IMG/VR virus record: IMGVR_UViG_3300033153_016044
Span: 33,730-97,729 of that record
DNA: 64,000 bases
Direction: 5' to 3' (one strand)
From: a virus
Every line of letters starts with the position of its first letter. Positions within the stretch are counted from its first letter, which is position 1. Positions 42,017-51,546 of this stretch are shown piece after piece. Below the pieces are notes generated by a model, which did not search any database, was not told the DNA's origin, and worked only from the letters and a program-made list of their open reading frames with translations. Both the position numbers and the translations under genes were made by a program.

Positions 42017-42826
42017 ATTATCACATACCTCCTGGGATTCCTTAAAAGTTTTTGGACTTAACTGTCCAATTGTATTAGAAGCAATAGCACTATTTGTGCT
42101 AGCCTTTACTTCATTTAAATCTGCGTTTGTAAAAGAGTGTATTACAGAATCTTCATTTGCGGGATTTGCTACGATTCCAACTCCACCAAATACTATATTT
42201 CTCAAAACTCTACCAACATTTTGTCCTTCAAAATTTCCGTCTCCGCCGTTCGACCTTAGGTGTCTGTCCAGAAATGCTGTTTGTTCATTTCTGGCAACAA
42301 TCTTTGAACCAACTCTATAGTCGAAGCTACTGAACCATGCCTCCATAGAAACAAACATCCTATTGGCGCTGGCTTCATTTACAAGCTTGGCGGCGGTCTT
42401 TGGGAATAGATACTTCCAAATAACGGCCTCTGTAATAATATCGAAGTCTTGAGGAATCTCAAAGTCTTCTGCTAGAGCAGATTCTGTATTTATTGGGGAG
42501 CCATCTTTGTAGGCGGGATAAGAACTATCCATCACTCCAATAATCTGGTTGTCTGCTACAACCCTTTTGCCATCTCCATCTGGGGTATCAATAATCTCAT
42601 AGCCCGTATTATGTTCCCAGTTGACTGGCTTTTTCTCTGGACTTGACTTTGCTCTCCACATCTCTTCTGGAAGGAAGACGTCATCGTTTAAATTTTGTCC
42701 AGTACTAACTAAGACTGACTTCATATAAAGACAATCTTGTTGTGGTTCTGTCGCAGAGGCTGAAGCAGTTGCCTTGTTTGTAGAAACTACCTTAAGCGGA
42801 CTCAATATAAAAATTTGTTCCTGCAT
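41222..42826 (-). CDS. prohead protease fused to scaffold
   Basis: KPVNWEH...VSMEAW...FGGVGIVANPA protease-like motifs followed by a coiled coil. Confidence 0.75.
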   Translation of the reverse strand: MQEQIFILSPLKVVSTNKATASASATEPQQDCLYMKSVLVSTGQNLNDDVFLPEEMWRAKSSPEKKPVNWEHNTGYEIIDTPDGDGKRVVADNQIIGVMDSSYPAYKDGSPINTESALAEDFEIPQDFDIITEAVIWKYLFPKTAAKLVNEASANRMFVSMEAWFSSFDYRVGSKIVARNEQTAFLDRHLRSNGGDGNFEGQNVGRVLRNIVFGGVGIVANPANEDSVIHSFTNADLNEVKASTNSAIASNTIGQLSPKTFKESQEVCDNMANSNELNTSANTQVNITSDDYKQVVQRLVKAEHIIETKDAELAKVSAEIEALKSNADNAKSAFAKGADALVSVLGDVSANKISRTDAENFFDVLVSEIGDKLGQTDQINTELEEVKAKLGELENEKRLAFRSNAIRDSLGLTSGDNERLGKLVASTDSLNDESFDNWLENTKELFISAKEDMKDKKKEKDEEEDKDKKKNPFAKSASDEDGITDTRILDNVVASAGAPAGTDDAVQPVSLPERMQTLATALWSTKQDTSQGGK

Positions 42827-42849
42827 AACCTCTCCTAAAAACTTTTACT

Positions 42850-42865
42850 ATAAATAAATACACCA
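42850..42865 (-). promoter_or_regulatory. putative late promoter TGGTGTATTTATTTAT
   Basis: Motif copy upstream of the protease-MCP operon. Confidence 0.7.
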
Positions 42866-42918
42866 AATTCTTAAGAGTTTATCTAACAGATGTATCTTAA
42901 ATGAATTTTGTAACTTAA

Positions 42919-43281
42919 CTATATGGTAAGGCCAGGTTTACGAATGCTAGGAGTTACACCTAAATCTTCTTGCTTATGATGGTGTCCACCTAGGCCTCCA
43001 TTCTTGTGCATATGCTCTCCGTCAGCAGGTGGCTGTCCAGCCAAATCTCCGTGAGCATGAACTCCTCCAGGATTTTCTGGAGTATGCGTGTGTGCGCCCA
43101 TTGAGGGTTCTCCTTGCTTATGTTTATGTATACCTAGAGGATTACCTTCATCATGGATATGAAGACCCGGGCCTTCACTCTCTTTGTTTAATAAAGTTTC
43201 ATCTTCTTTTAGAGCTTTGTGTACTGCATTATTCCTTAGAATTTTTGCTGCGGCGTCTAGGGCTTTTTTTAGTAGGTCCAT
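42919..43281 (-). CDS. His-rich protein with six GxHxH repeats
   Basis: GLHIH, GIHKH, GAHTH, GVHAH, GEHMH, GGHHH. Confidence 0.65.
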   Translation of the reverse strand: MDLLKKALDAAAKILRNNAVHKALKEDETLLNKESEGPGLHIHDEGNPLGIHKHKQGEPSMGAHTHTPENPGGVHAHGDLAGQPPADGEHMHKNGGLGGHHHKQEDLGVTPSIRKPGLTI

Positions 43282-43528
43282 CTTTATTCCCCTTTTGAAT
43301 TACTGGAAAAAATTGTTCAGCCTCAGCAGGCGCCGGCTTATGAATTAACTTCTCATCCGCAACCTTCCCATTGACAACTGGCTGCGCCTTTTCTACATTG
43401 CGTGGTTTCCTATAAGTAGGATACACATTCCTAGACTGTGCAATTGTAGGTTTATTCTTTAAAAAATTATTTACTTTAGCTGGGGCCTTCTTTGGTGGCC
43501 TATCTTTCTTTTCTTTTTTAATTGGCAT
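43229..43528 (-). CDS. Lys/Pro-rich hypothetical protein (start MPIKKEKK)
   Basis: AAGGAG RBS; overlaps the portal stop. Confidence 0.55.
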   Translation of the reverse strand: MPIKKEKKDRPPKKAPAKVNNFLKNKPTIAQSRNVYPTYRKPRNVEKAQPVVNGKVADEKLIHKPAPAEAEQFFPVIQKGNKDGPTKKSPRRRSKNSKE

Positions 43529-45794
43529 TTGTAGCGTCTCCTTCATAAAAATATGTGGCCAAAGCCATTATTCTAACATCTCTTCTATCTTGTGCGGACA
43601 AATCTTCCGCCATTTGTTTTTTAATTTGATGTACATAAAAGTTCACGTGAGGATTAATAGTGGGGTTCTGTAGACAGTCCTCAATAAAAATATTATCTAC
43701 AACAGCTTGGTCATCTACAAGAGTAGAAAATACAGCAAAGGTTAATACCTCCAGGTCTTTTCTATCTTCCTTACTTAAGGCCTTCTTATATTTAACATCC
43801 CTAAGGTTTAACATCCTACTAGTGAGCGCATCTTCTATATAAGAATAATCTGCAGCCAATGTTTTCTTCAGGCCACTATAGAACTGAAGTATACCTAGGC
43901 CCATTCCTTGAGGTTTGGTCTCTCTTTTTTTATCCTGAGGTATTCCCTTAGAGCCACCAGGTCTTCCCCCTGGAGGTTTATTCTGCTTCTGCTGTTTATT
44001 TATTTGTTTTACTTTCTGGTCCATCATTTCTTTTTGCTGTTCAAAATCCATCTCTTTCATTTCTTCTTGAGACAAATCATTCATTGGGTCAGTATATGGA
44101 CCATGCTTAACAAGAATATCCTCTTCTTCAGCAAGCAGTTTTTCTCTGCGCATTCTTTCTAGTTCAATCATTGTTTCAATACCGAATACTTCATGAACGC
44201 GCTCTGCACTAATAACGTTTCTATCCAGCAACTGAATAATTAACTTCTTCTCTTCCTCCTCATTTCTTAGAGACATCTGTCCGAAGCGAATTTGAGGAAC
44301 ATCTCTATGTCCCATTATCTCAGCGATAATACGCATCTGTTTATTAATCCACTTGAGAACCTCTGTTCTTCCGTCCTCTAGTTTCTCAAGTAGCGTTCTA
44401 ACTTGTAGGAATGCATTAGAGAAGCTTCCGCCACTCTCATCATTTACTAGAATACCAGGAATGCCTAATCCTGCTAGGATATCCTTATCTACAGAGCGAT
44501 ACTTTTCTATACCAAGAATTTTTTCAATAGGAGGATAATTACTCTCCATTGATATAGCATCATTCCATACGATATTATGAGAATGAGTAGGAGTCCTAAG
44601 CATCTGTGCAAATTGCTTGTAGTGCTCTGGAGGAGCAACGAAGCCATCCTTTATAGCACCTAGCTTAAAGATAGTGATTGCATTTATTGTGCTGTTAATA
44701 ACAGAGCGGTCCATTGCTCGTAGGTCTCTCTTATACATGACATCATTCATGACTGGCCATACCATAGGGTCTGCCCAGTCCTCATGGTCATCCTTCATGT
44801 AATGAAGAGTCCACAATTTATCCTGGTCTAACTGAACTACTTTATCATTACTTCTAGGTAGATTCCTAAACTCAAGAGGTAGATTAATATCTGTTTCATC
44901 TAGTATATCAATATGCTCTGCTTTTCTTGAGCCCTTACTTTTTATCTCAACTAATGTCTGCTCAGAAATAACAAATATCCACTGAGATTCTCCGAAGAAT
45001 TTACTTCCAGTGATATCCATTTGAAAAGGATTAAGAAGAGTAAAGCGCCAGGGAATCTGTCTTTCTCCCATTGGCTTTGCTTTTTGGTCTTCTACAAAAT
45101 CAACTCTTTCATCTGATGCTGGGTCTGAGTTATCTCCTCTCGTTGACATCATTTGTTTACGAGACAGGTCACTTACAGTGCCCATAGTAGTATAAATAAA
45201 TACGTTGCCATACTTGTAGTAGTATCTCAGTATCTTTTTAACAACACCGGAAAGGTCTACGGACTTTGCCCATCTCTCATAGAACTTCTGAACTGCTGGA
45301 CGAGGATGAACTATTTTTAGCCCCTCTGAAGCAAAGTTGCACATAAGGTCTATAACGTTCTTAATTATTCCAAAGCCTTTATATGCCTCGACTGAAAACG
45401 CCATTTTAACATGAGCTATCCTGGTATTCTTATTTAGTGCAACAGAAGAGCCACTATTGCTAAATATGCTGGTTAGACCACCTGCTCCATTAAGCAAGCT
45501 GTGTGAACCAATACCGAATGGCTGTAGAGAGAAGCCACCTAGGCCTCCATTGCCTCTTCCGAACTGTCCTGTAATTCCTGTAAAGCCATGAATACCAAAC
45601 CCTTGTCCGCTTAGACCCCAACCCCTGTGGTTGTCGCCATTATATGTGTGTCCTCTCTTCTCTATATTAAGAGCAACAGTTTTATCTACATTCTTAGTAG
45701 CAGCTACAGCTGCAGCTACAGACCTGCTAACGTCAGCAACAACGCGCTCATCAATGCCTACAGGATTTATTTTAATGTCTGGATATTCTTCCAT
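43518..45794 (-). CDS. portal protein
   Basis: 758 aa directly after TerL; IIKNVIDLM..., YGNVFIY, ILAGLGIPGILV portal-like segments. Confidence 0.85.
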   Translation of the reverse strand: MEEYPDIKINPVGIDERVVADVSRSVAAAVAATKNVDKTVALNIEKRGHTYNGDNHRGWGLSGQGFGIHGFTGITGQFGRGNGGLGGFSLQPFGIGSHSLLNGAGGLTSIFSNSGSSVALNKNTRIAHVKMAFSVEAYKGFGIIKNVIDLMCNFASEGLKIVHPRPAVQKFYERWAKSVDLSGVVKKILRYYYKYGNVFIYTTMGTVSDLSRKQMMSTRGDNSDPASDERVDFVEDQKAKPMGERQIPWRFTLLNPFQMDITGSKFFGESQWIFVISEQTLVEIKSKGSRKAEHIDILDETDINLPLEFRNLPRSNDKVVQLDQDKLWTLHYMKDDHEDWADPMVWPVMNDVMYKRDLRAMDRSVINSTINAITIFKLGAIKDGFVAPPEHYKQFAQMLRTPTHSHNIVWNDAISMESNYPPIEKILGIEKYRSVDKDILAGLGIPGILVNDESGGSFSNAFLQVRTLLEKLEDGRTEVLKWINKQMRIIAEIMGHRDVPQIRFGQMSLRNEEEEKKLIIQLLDRNVISAERVHEVFGIETMIELERMRREKLLAEEEDILVKHGPYTDPMNDLSQEEMKEMDFEQQKEMMDQKVKQINKQQKQNKPPGGRPGGSKGIPQDKKRETKPQGMGLGILQFYSGLKKTLAADYSYIEDALTSRMLNLRDVKYKKALSKEDRKDLEVLTFAVFSTLVDDQAVVDNIFIEDCLQNPTINPHVNFYVHQIKKQMAEDLSAQDRRDVRIMALATYFYEGDATNAN

Positions 45795-45827
45795 TATTCC
45801 TCCAATGTAATTGCAATATGATTACCT

Positions 45828-45842
45828 ACTACATTATACACC
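45828..45842 (-). promoter_or_regulatory. putative late promoter GGTGTATAATG
   Basis: Motif copy upstream of portal. Confidence 0.65.
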
Positions 45843-47692
45843 TAAAGATACTCTATCCATCCGCCAACAAAAGGTTCAAAGGTCATTTGTCCTTGATTTA
45901 TGTAAGACCTTGCGGCATATGATGAAAGCAATAAGGCAGAATACCTATCCTTTCTTTGGACTAAGCTTATCTTTGTTTGTTGTGCTGTGGGGATGTTAGG
46001 CAGGTCAAAGTGTTGAATGCCTGTTTTTGTAAAGGTCATCGTTATTTTACACAGCTCGTTTATTTGTTCTTCAATCTCGTCCCACGGTTCAAATATTTTA
46101 CCCTTAATGGTATCGTTCTCATCTACGATATCTACACTGTTCTTAACTCTATAAGGAAATTGTATTCTTTTATGTTCAATGTCTGCCATGAGACCATAGT
46201 TGGCTTCTCCAATCCATGAAGGAGTAAAGTTTACCATGTCAAGAATATGACGACCATCAAATCTTCTATGCTCATCATCATTGTATCTCCAAATTGGGTC
46301 TTCACCTTTTTTAAGAATCTCTACGTTTTGCAGAAGGTCTTCTACAGTTAAGCCACCACCGCCGGAGTCAACAGCCATCCTGACAATATTAAATTTACTC
46401 AATAGCTCTCTAATCTTTCTAACACTAGTTACCCAATTCTTATTATTCATAGAGTAACAATATACGTTCCTGTAGCCCTTTCCATTTTTTAAAAGTTTTA
46501 ATATAGAGATAGAGAAGTTGTCAGTCTTTCTCGCAGGGTCTACTCCCATTATATATTCGAAACTAGGGTCGCCAACAAGCTCTACAGAGAATGGCTTTCT
46601 TACATCATCTAATCCTGGTGTTGTATCCTTAATAAGTTTTCTTTTAAAGAACCCATCAGAATCTGTAGGGAAGATACATTCATACTCCATAGAGAAGAGT
46701 GCACGAGGCATAGTAGCTCTCGCTTGAATGATTTGCTTTTCATCCATGAAGCCTTCAGGTAGTCCAGTATAAGGAACCTGAATGATGGCATAGTCTCTAT
46801 AGTCTAGGTCACCCTCTAGTCTGTAGCTCTCTTCATTATCTGATGAAGTAAAGGAATCGTTTATGTCTTCGGCGCTACCTACGAACTTGCTTTCAATTAT
46901 CGCCTTATGTATAGAGTAAAGTCTGTAGTAATGGTTAAACTGATAATTTGCAGTTCCTGAATATATAATCTTATTGCTCGATAGTTTCTTTCTATCTTCT
47001 TCTTTTATGATGCCCTTTTTAATCATCTCGTTTTCCATATGAATTTGCCTGGCTTGCTCAATGGGGTCAGCAGCAACAGCTGCGAAACCACGAACAACAA
47101 CCTGGAAAATTTCTTCAGGAATAGATGCATACTCATCGCAAACAATATCGGTAGCACGAACACCACGAATCTTTTCACCATTACCCAGTGGCAGAGCCCG
47201 GATGCTTGAGGTTCCTATTATCATTTCGCGCGCATCGTTAGGTCTAGCAATTTTAGTAACGGTAGCCTGCACTATAGGAGAGTAATTATATATTTGCTCT
47301 ATGTAGTCGAATACCAACTTACTCTGCCTGAAGGAGGCTGCTACGATTACTATCTTAGACCCAGGTACCATAATGGCCCGAAGCAGAGAGTAGACACCCA
47401 ACATAAATGTCTTACCGCCACCACGAGTCATTAATAGTATAGGGAAGGTTTTATCCCATATAGTCTGTAGTATTACACTTTGAAAAGGTGCTAGTTCCAG
47501 CGGGCCGTTCTTCCATCTCATTAAGCTATATACTGCAAATGTTAGATTGTTAAAGCAAACATCTACAAACTCATCATAAGCACTTTCGAACTTGCCGAAT
47601 CGTGCATGAAAAGGATTTATTATTTTTGCGTCTTTAGCCAGGTCATATATAACTGGTAACCTTGGTCTATTTAGAATGGACTCTTCTGACAT
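45842..47692 (-). CDS. terL: terminase large subunit
   Basis: Walker A TRGGGKT, IRGVRA, Walker B IVCDE, SGTA motif C, RNase H GVDPAR...D, KDRYSA. Confidence 0.92.
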   Translation of the reverse strand: MSEESILNRPRLPVIYDLAKDAKIINPFHARFGKFESAYDEFVDVCFNNLTFAVYSLMRWKNGPLELAPFQSVILQTIWDKTFPILLMTRGGGKTFMLGVYSLLRAIMVPGSKIVIVAASFRQSKLVFDYIEQIYNYSPIVQATVTKIARPNDAREMIIGTSSIRALPLGNGEKIRGVRATDIVCDEYASIPEEIFQVVVRGFAAVAADPIEQARQIHMENEMIKKGIIKEEDRKKLSSNKIIYSGTANYQFNHYYRLYSIHKAIIESKFVGSAEDINDSFTSSDNEESYRLEGDLDYRDYAIIQVPYTGLPEGFMDEKQIIQARATMPRALFSMEYECIFPTDSDGFFKRKLIKDTTPGLDDVRKPFSVELVGDPSFEYIMGVDPARKTDNFSISILKLLKNGKGYRNVYCYSMNNKNWVTSVRKIRELLSKFNIVRMAVDSGGGGLTVEDLLQNVEILKKGEDPIWRYNDDEHRRFDGRHILDMVNFTPSWIGEANYGLMADIEHKRIQFPYRVKNSVDIVDENDTIKGKIFEPWDEIEEQINELCKITMTFTKTGIQHFDLPNIPTAQQTKISLVQRKDRYSALLLSSYAARSYINQGQMTFEPFVGGWIEYL

Positions 47693-48170
47693 CTTTTGTA
47701 ATTACCCCGTCTTCACAATATTGAAATAGCTTTGCTAATAGTTTTCTAACGTAGGTTCTAGCAATATCCTTTCTCTTATTTGTAAAGATAACATGTATCC
47801 CATATTTAACTTCTAGAGAGATGAGTGATGCTAATATAAATTCTGGTCTTAGTTTGCTATATCTAAAGCCCTTATTAATATCACTAAGTGTTCCCTCTAT
47901 AATAAGGTAGCGCACAGGAAACTCCAGTGCTCTATCCATTTCTTTCATGAAGCGTTCTCGCCATTGACCAAGAGAACCCCATAAGTCAGGAATAGTCTTG
48001 CGCTCTACCATAATCAGGTCTTCATATCCTTCTATAGAATAATCACCTGTATCCAGCTTCTTAATAACCATGCCATCGCAATTTGCACTGGCCTTAAAGC
48101 TCCAACCACAACCTTTCTTTTCTCTGCTATCTCTTATGATAGTAAACTTACTATACTTCTTCCTTGCCAT
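47667..48170 (-). CDS. ERCC4 (XPF/Mus81-like) structure-specific nuclease
   Basis: DSRE...LDTGDYS...VERKT..DL signature. Confidence 0.85.
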   Translation of the reverse strand: MARKKYSKFTIIRDSREKKGCGWSFKASANCDGMVIKKLDTGDYSIEGYEDLIMVERKTIPDLWGSLGQWRERFMKEMDRALEFPVRYLIIEGTLSDINKGFRYSKLRPEFILASLISLEVKYGIHVIFTNKRKDIARTYVRKLLAKLFQYCEDGVITKDVRRVHSK

Positions 48171-48933
48171 CCGGCCCTCCTAATAGATAACGATACTTGC
48201 TCATATCCTCTTGGCACTTCTCTTTGAAAATTTCCATGAGGCCAGCGCGTCTACCTAGCTCTTGACGAGCCAGCTTATTTCTATATGTTTGAACAATAGT
48301 ATGGATAGTTTCCTTTTGTTCCTTATCTTTCTGTAGTCTCTTCTCTCTAGTAACGCTGAGAATCTTTTGGTATTCTACAAAGCGCTTCTCTGCCTTCTCA
48401 AGAGTATCATAGAGGCCATAAATAAGAGGATTACCATCCTCACTTTCTTCTTCTGTTCTTTTAATGTGCCTGCGAACTCTGCTTATGTTTATATCAGTCA
48501 TTATCATATGATGAAGTGAATCCTCTTCTTGAGGTGTCATCGTATCTACTGAGTCCATAAAGTCAACATACTTATGAACGTATACTTTTATTTCTGGTTC
48601 TGCTAATTCATTTTTAACTGTAGCATACCTAGGGTTCGCAGCAAAGTTTTCCTTATAGATAGCAAGTCTTTGATTCTTATCCATATTAGCAAAAGAGATT
48701 TCTCTAATGAAATCAGATGATTGAAAATTATGGTTAGTATCTAGAGCTGCCTGTTTTTTAGAAGCAACTGATGGTCTACCGTTCTGCTTTATCCATCCAA
48801 ATTTTTTACGCTGTCTACCTACCGATTCAACAGTTCGTCCTAGAATTTGAGCAATTTCTTTATCTGTATGACTCTTCCAGTTATGTTCTATGAACATTAA
48901 CTCTTCATCTGTATAGTGATAATTTTTAGACAT
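48151..48933 (-). CDS. putative terminase small subunit (N-terminal HTH)
   Basis: YTDEE...DKEIAQILGRTVESV HTH plus helical oligomerisation region; upstream of TerL. Confidence 0.6.
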   Translation of the reverse strand: MSKNYHYTDEELMFIEHNWKSHTDKEIAQILGRTVESVGRQRKKFGWIKQNGRPSVASKKQAALDTNHNFQSSDFIREISFANMDKNQRLAIYKENFAANPRYATVKNELAEPEIKVYVHKYVDFMDSVDTMTPQEEDSLHHMIMTDINISRVRRHIKRTEEESEDGNPLIYGLYDTLEKAEKRFVEYQKILSVTREKRLQKDKEQKETIHTIVQTYRNKLARQELGRRAGLMEIFKEKCQEDMSKYRYLLGGPDGKEEV

Positions 48934-49046
48934 TAGTAATCCTTATCTGTCTTCTTCTTCTCTTTTTTCTTCTCTTTTTTCAATAGAGCACTAAGAGCTT
49001 TAATCTCTTGAGGAGTTAGTGAAACAGGCTTGCTTCTTTTAGTCAT
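48933..49046 (-). CDS. 37-aa Lys-rich peptide (MTKRSKPVSLTPQEIKALSALLKKEKKKEKKKTDKDY)
   Basis: AAGGAG RBS; TAATG coupling to the next gene; below the ORF-track cut-off. Confidence 0.6.
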   Translation of the reverse strand: MTKRSKPVSLTPQEIKALSALLKKEKKKEKKKTDKDY

Positions 49047-49048
49047 AA

Positions 49049-49444
49049 TTACTCCTTGTTACATCTATAGATAGTAAAGGGCTCCCCAGGGTCATTACAA
49101 TAAACAGTATGGCTAGCACCATCGGCACTAACTTCATGTATCATTGCTAGTCCACCTTGAGCATACCCAATACAAACACTGAAGCGAGTCCACGCCCCGG
49201 TACTGCACACCTTGCCCTTCATTATATAGCCTTCTTGATTAGATGGTAACTCTACTTGTCTACCACCTATCTGAAGACGCATGTTAGTTATTGCTAGCTT
49301 ATTCTGTTTTACATAAGTGCCCAGGCGCTTCCAGGCACTTAGTGTATTTTTAAACTTATCCTCAAAGACAGTTTCCCCATTAGATAAAGATGCTATCCAT
49401 CTATCCTTACTAACATTTTTTGTAACTTTCTTTGTGACTGTCAT
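49049..49444 (-). CDS. hypothetical protein
   Basis: 131-aa ORF in operon. Confidence 0.65.
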   Translation of the reverse strand: MTVTKKVTKNVSKDRWIASLSNGETVFEDKFKNTLSAWKRLGTYVKQNKLAITNMRLQIGGRQVELPSNQEGYIMKGKVCSTGAWTRFSVCIGYAQGGLAMIHEVSADGASHTVYCNDPGEPFTIYRCNKE

Positions 49445-49447
49445 ATA

Positions 49448-50038
49448 TTACAGGAACTCTGTTTCGAAGTAGAATCCTAGTTCAGTCTTTTCGCCAATGC
49501 TATCTGGGCTGACAGTAAGTCCTACATACCAAACGTGAACACTGCTGGCTGCTACCTGGTCATCAAAGCTCAGGTCTGTTGTCCCTGCGATAGTGGTCCA
49601 GTTTATATCTCCAGAACCACGAATAGATGGACTTGGTTTAATAATCTCCGCGGCCAATACTGTAACGCCACTAGGGCCGCTATCAATAGTTGTTCTGTCA
49701 AATGCCCTAAAGGCAGAGTTCTGTGTTCCAACAGAGCTATCTGTACTTAGACGAACTCTAAGTGTAGATTCTGAGTTATCAACTTCAAGAAGCTCAGTAG
49801 CAGTAAGCTCACTAGCTACATACGCCCCAGACACGTTGGCCCATCTAAGGTTTGGAACCTGTCCAAAGTTAGTAGTACCGATGTCATCGGTTACATAGTT
49901 TGTGTTATTAAATTCTCCTACCCTAATAGAGAAGCCAAAGTTAGCTCCAAAGAATCCTAGCGTATCGTTGTTTCCGGATTCGGCAGGTAGAATTTCGTTG
50001 ATGGCGTCTCCGCCGAACCAATCAATTGTTGTTGCCAT
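49448..50038 (-). CDS. putative virion structural protein (beta-rich, acidic)
   Basis: GAGG RBS; composition resembles the structural genes. Confidence 0.55.
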   Translation of the reverse strand: MATTIDWFGGDAINEILPAESGNNDTLGFFGANFGFSIRVGEFNNTNYVTDDIGTTNFGQVPNLRWANVSGAYVASELTATELLEVDNSESTLRVRLSTDSSVGTQNSAFRAFDRTTIDSGPSGVTVLAAEIIKPSPSIRGSGDINWTTIAGTTDLSFDDQVAASSVHVWYVGLTVSPDSIGEKTELGFYFETEFL

Positions 50039-50105
50039 TTTTACCTCGTATCAATAGATTTATCTTATGATTATTTTGAACCGAAGCTAACTATACAATG
50101 CAATG

Positions 50106-50747
50106 TTAGCTACACCAATCTGTCATTATAAGTCTGACAGAAGCCTGTATCTCTCTTCTATATCTAACAGGCACCTTCTTACTGTTGCCTGTTAGGATTT
50201 TAATAAGGCCTGGACGTAAGTTATCCTCTATGTTGTCAATGAGGAATCTCTTAATGTCTTCGGCCTCTATTCGTTTCTCGAATTTGTTATCTTTTAAGTC
50301 CCCTACTACTTCAATACTCACGGGGTTCTTGATTATCTTTTGTTGTTCTATACGCTCTTGATGCTTGAGCCATCGCTTGCACATCTTACTAAGGTCAACG
50401 TCAGCCTCTCCACCATGAAGCATATCGCAATCTGAATTGCAAGGGGATGAGAATCTGATATATCTATCGCGCCTTAGATTATGAAGTCTATTGTCCACAC
50501 ATCTTCCAAAGAAGTTAACGAGTTTGTTTTCCTTAACCTTCTCAAAGTTGAAGTGGTCCAGTGCCTTAAAGCAAATTATTCTTATCTCTTGACCAATATC
50601 CGCTGGTTCAAAACAGTCGAATGTGTTATCTCTTGACTTTACTTTTACCAGGTATTCTACAATAGATTCTATGTCTTTATACGTTAGGTTCTTCTTGCTC
50701 TTCTGTTTCGTCTGTGAGTTGGTCTTCTGAGTTTTTAACTTCGCCAA
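50106..50747 (-). CDS. phage sigma70-family (region 2) factor, candidate late sigma
   Basis: DIGQEIRIICFKALDHF...LVNFFGRCVDNRLHNLRRD region-2 pattern; GAGGA RBS plus TTG at 50747. Confidence 0.7.
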   Translation of the reverse strand: MAKLKTQKTNSQTKQKSKKNLTYKDIESIVEYLVKVKSRDNTFDCFEPADIGQEIRIICFKALDHFNFEKVKENKLVNFFGRCVDNRLHNLRRDRYIRFSSPCNSDCDMLHGGEADVDLSKMCKRWLKHQERIEQQKIIKNPVSIEVVGDLKDNKFEKRIEAEDIKRFLIDNIEDNLRPGLIKILTGNSKKVPVRYRREIQASVRLIMTDWCS

Positions 50748-50874
50748 TTGTATTCCTCTCAATTAAATCCTTTTGTGAGACCCCGGCGACAGTCTTATGA
50801 ATAACGTCAACAAAGTCAGGGGATTTTTTAGCTGTTAATCCGGTAGTAAACTCTATGTCAAATTTGTCTCTCAT
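50677..50874 (-). CDS. hypothetical protein (MRDKFDIE...)
   Basis: GAGGAG RBS; overlaps neighbours. Confidence 0.5.
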   Translation of the reverse strand: MRDKFDIEFTTGLTAKKSPDFVDVIHKTVAGVSQKDLIERNTIGEVKNSEDQLTDETEEQEEPNV

Positions 50875-51040
50875 TTTGACGCTTCTCCTCAAAGTATCTA
50901 TATGCATCAGACTTTTCGATGGTCTTTAGTTCTCCACCACAACCTTGTCCACATGCAAGCTGTTTCTGAGCTACCACTTTATTAGTAGACAGAAAGATGT
51001 TATCGCACTCTTCACACAATAAAAAAACTGTCTTTTTCAT
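50858..51040 (-). CDS. small zinc-ribbon protein
   Basis: CEEC...CGQGC; GGAGG RBS. Confidence 0.65.
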   Translation of the reverse strand: MKKTVFLLCEECDNIFLSTNKVVAQKQLACGQGCGGELKTIEKSDAYRYFEEKRQNERQI

Positions 51041-51050
51041 TGTAACCTCC

Positions 51051-51064
51051 AATAATTATACACC
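51051..51064 (-). promoter_or_regulatory. putative promoter GGTGTATAATTATT upstream of the sigma-terminase operon
   Basis: Motif copy immediately after a terminator. Confidence 0.7.
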
Positions 51065-51066
51065 AT

Positions 51067-51100
51067 AAAAAAAGACTCTTCTAATAAAGGAAGAGCCTAG
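51067..51100 (-). terminator. intrinsic terminator ending the RNR operon
   Basis: Minus strand AGGCTCTTC..GAAGAGTCT followed by TTTTTT. Confidence 0.75.
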
Positions 51101-51194
51101 AACTACTTAAATGTATTTTATTTAATCTTTTTCTCAACAATTTTTTCGCACTCTCCAACCACCAATACATTAGACAAGAGCAAGTCCAAAACAT

Positions 51195-51365
51195 TTAATC
51201 TTCATGGTCACATTGGATGCAACTTAAATGCCCCACCTTGGCGCGTGAGCACTCACAGTAAAGCTGGTCTCTGTAAGACTTTATCTCTCTCAGCAGAGCT
51301 TCTACCGACTCGGTCTCTCCACCACATATGATATCCCACGCTTCATCTTCAATAGTTCTACTCAT
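51195..51365 (-). CDS. small Cys-rich hypothetical protein
   Basis: Overlap-coupled ORF (MSRTIED...CEC...CIQC). Confidence 0.5.
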   Translation of the reverse strand: MSRTIEDEAWDIICGGETESVEALLREIKSYRDQLYCECSRAKVGHLSCIQCDHED

Positions 51366-51546
51366 CTTCACCACAACTCCTTGCGGCAATCCGCGCATCC
51401 TCATGCTTCCTTATTTCCAGCCCACAATAATCGCAGGTCATCGTGCGGTAATCAAATAGCTCGGATAATAATATCCTAAGCCCTTTGTAGTCACGCATTT
51501 GCATTATCTCAAACATGGTATTTTTAATAAGTTCTTCTTTTGTCAT
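51358..51546 (-). CDS. small hypothetical protein
   Basis: ATGA overlap with the upstream gene; CDYC. Confidence 0.55.
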   Translation of the reverse strand: MTKEELIKNTMFEIMQMRDYKGLRILLSELFDYRTMTCDYCGLEIRKHEDARIAARSCGEDE

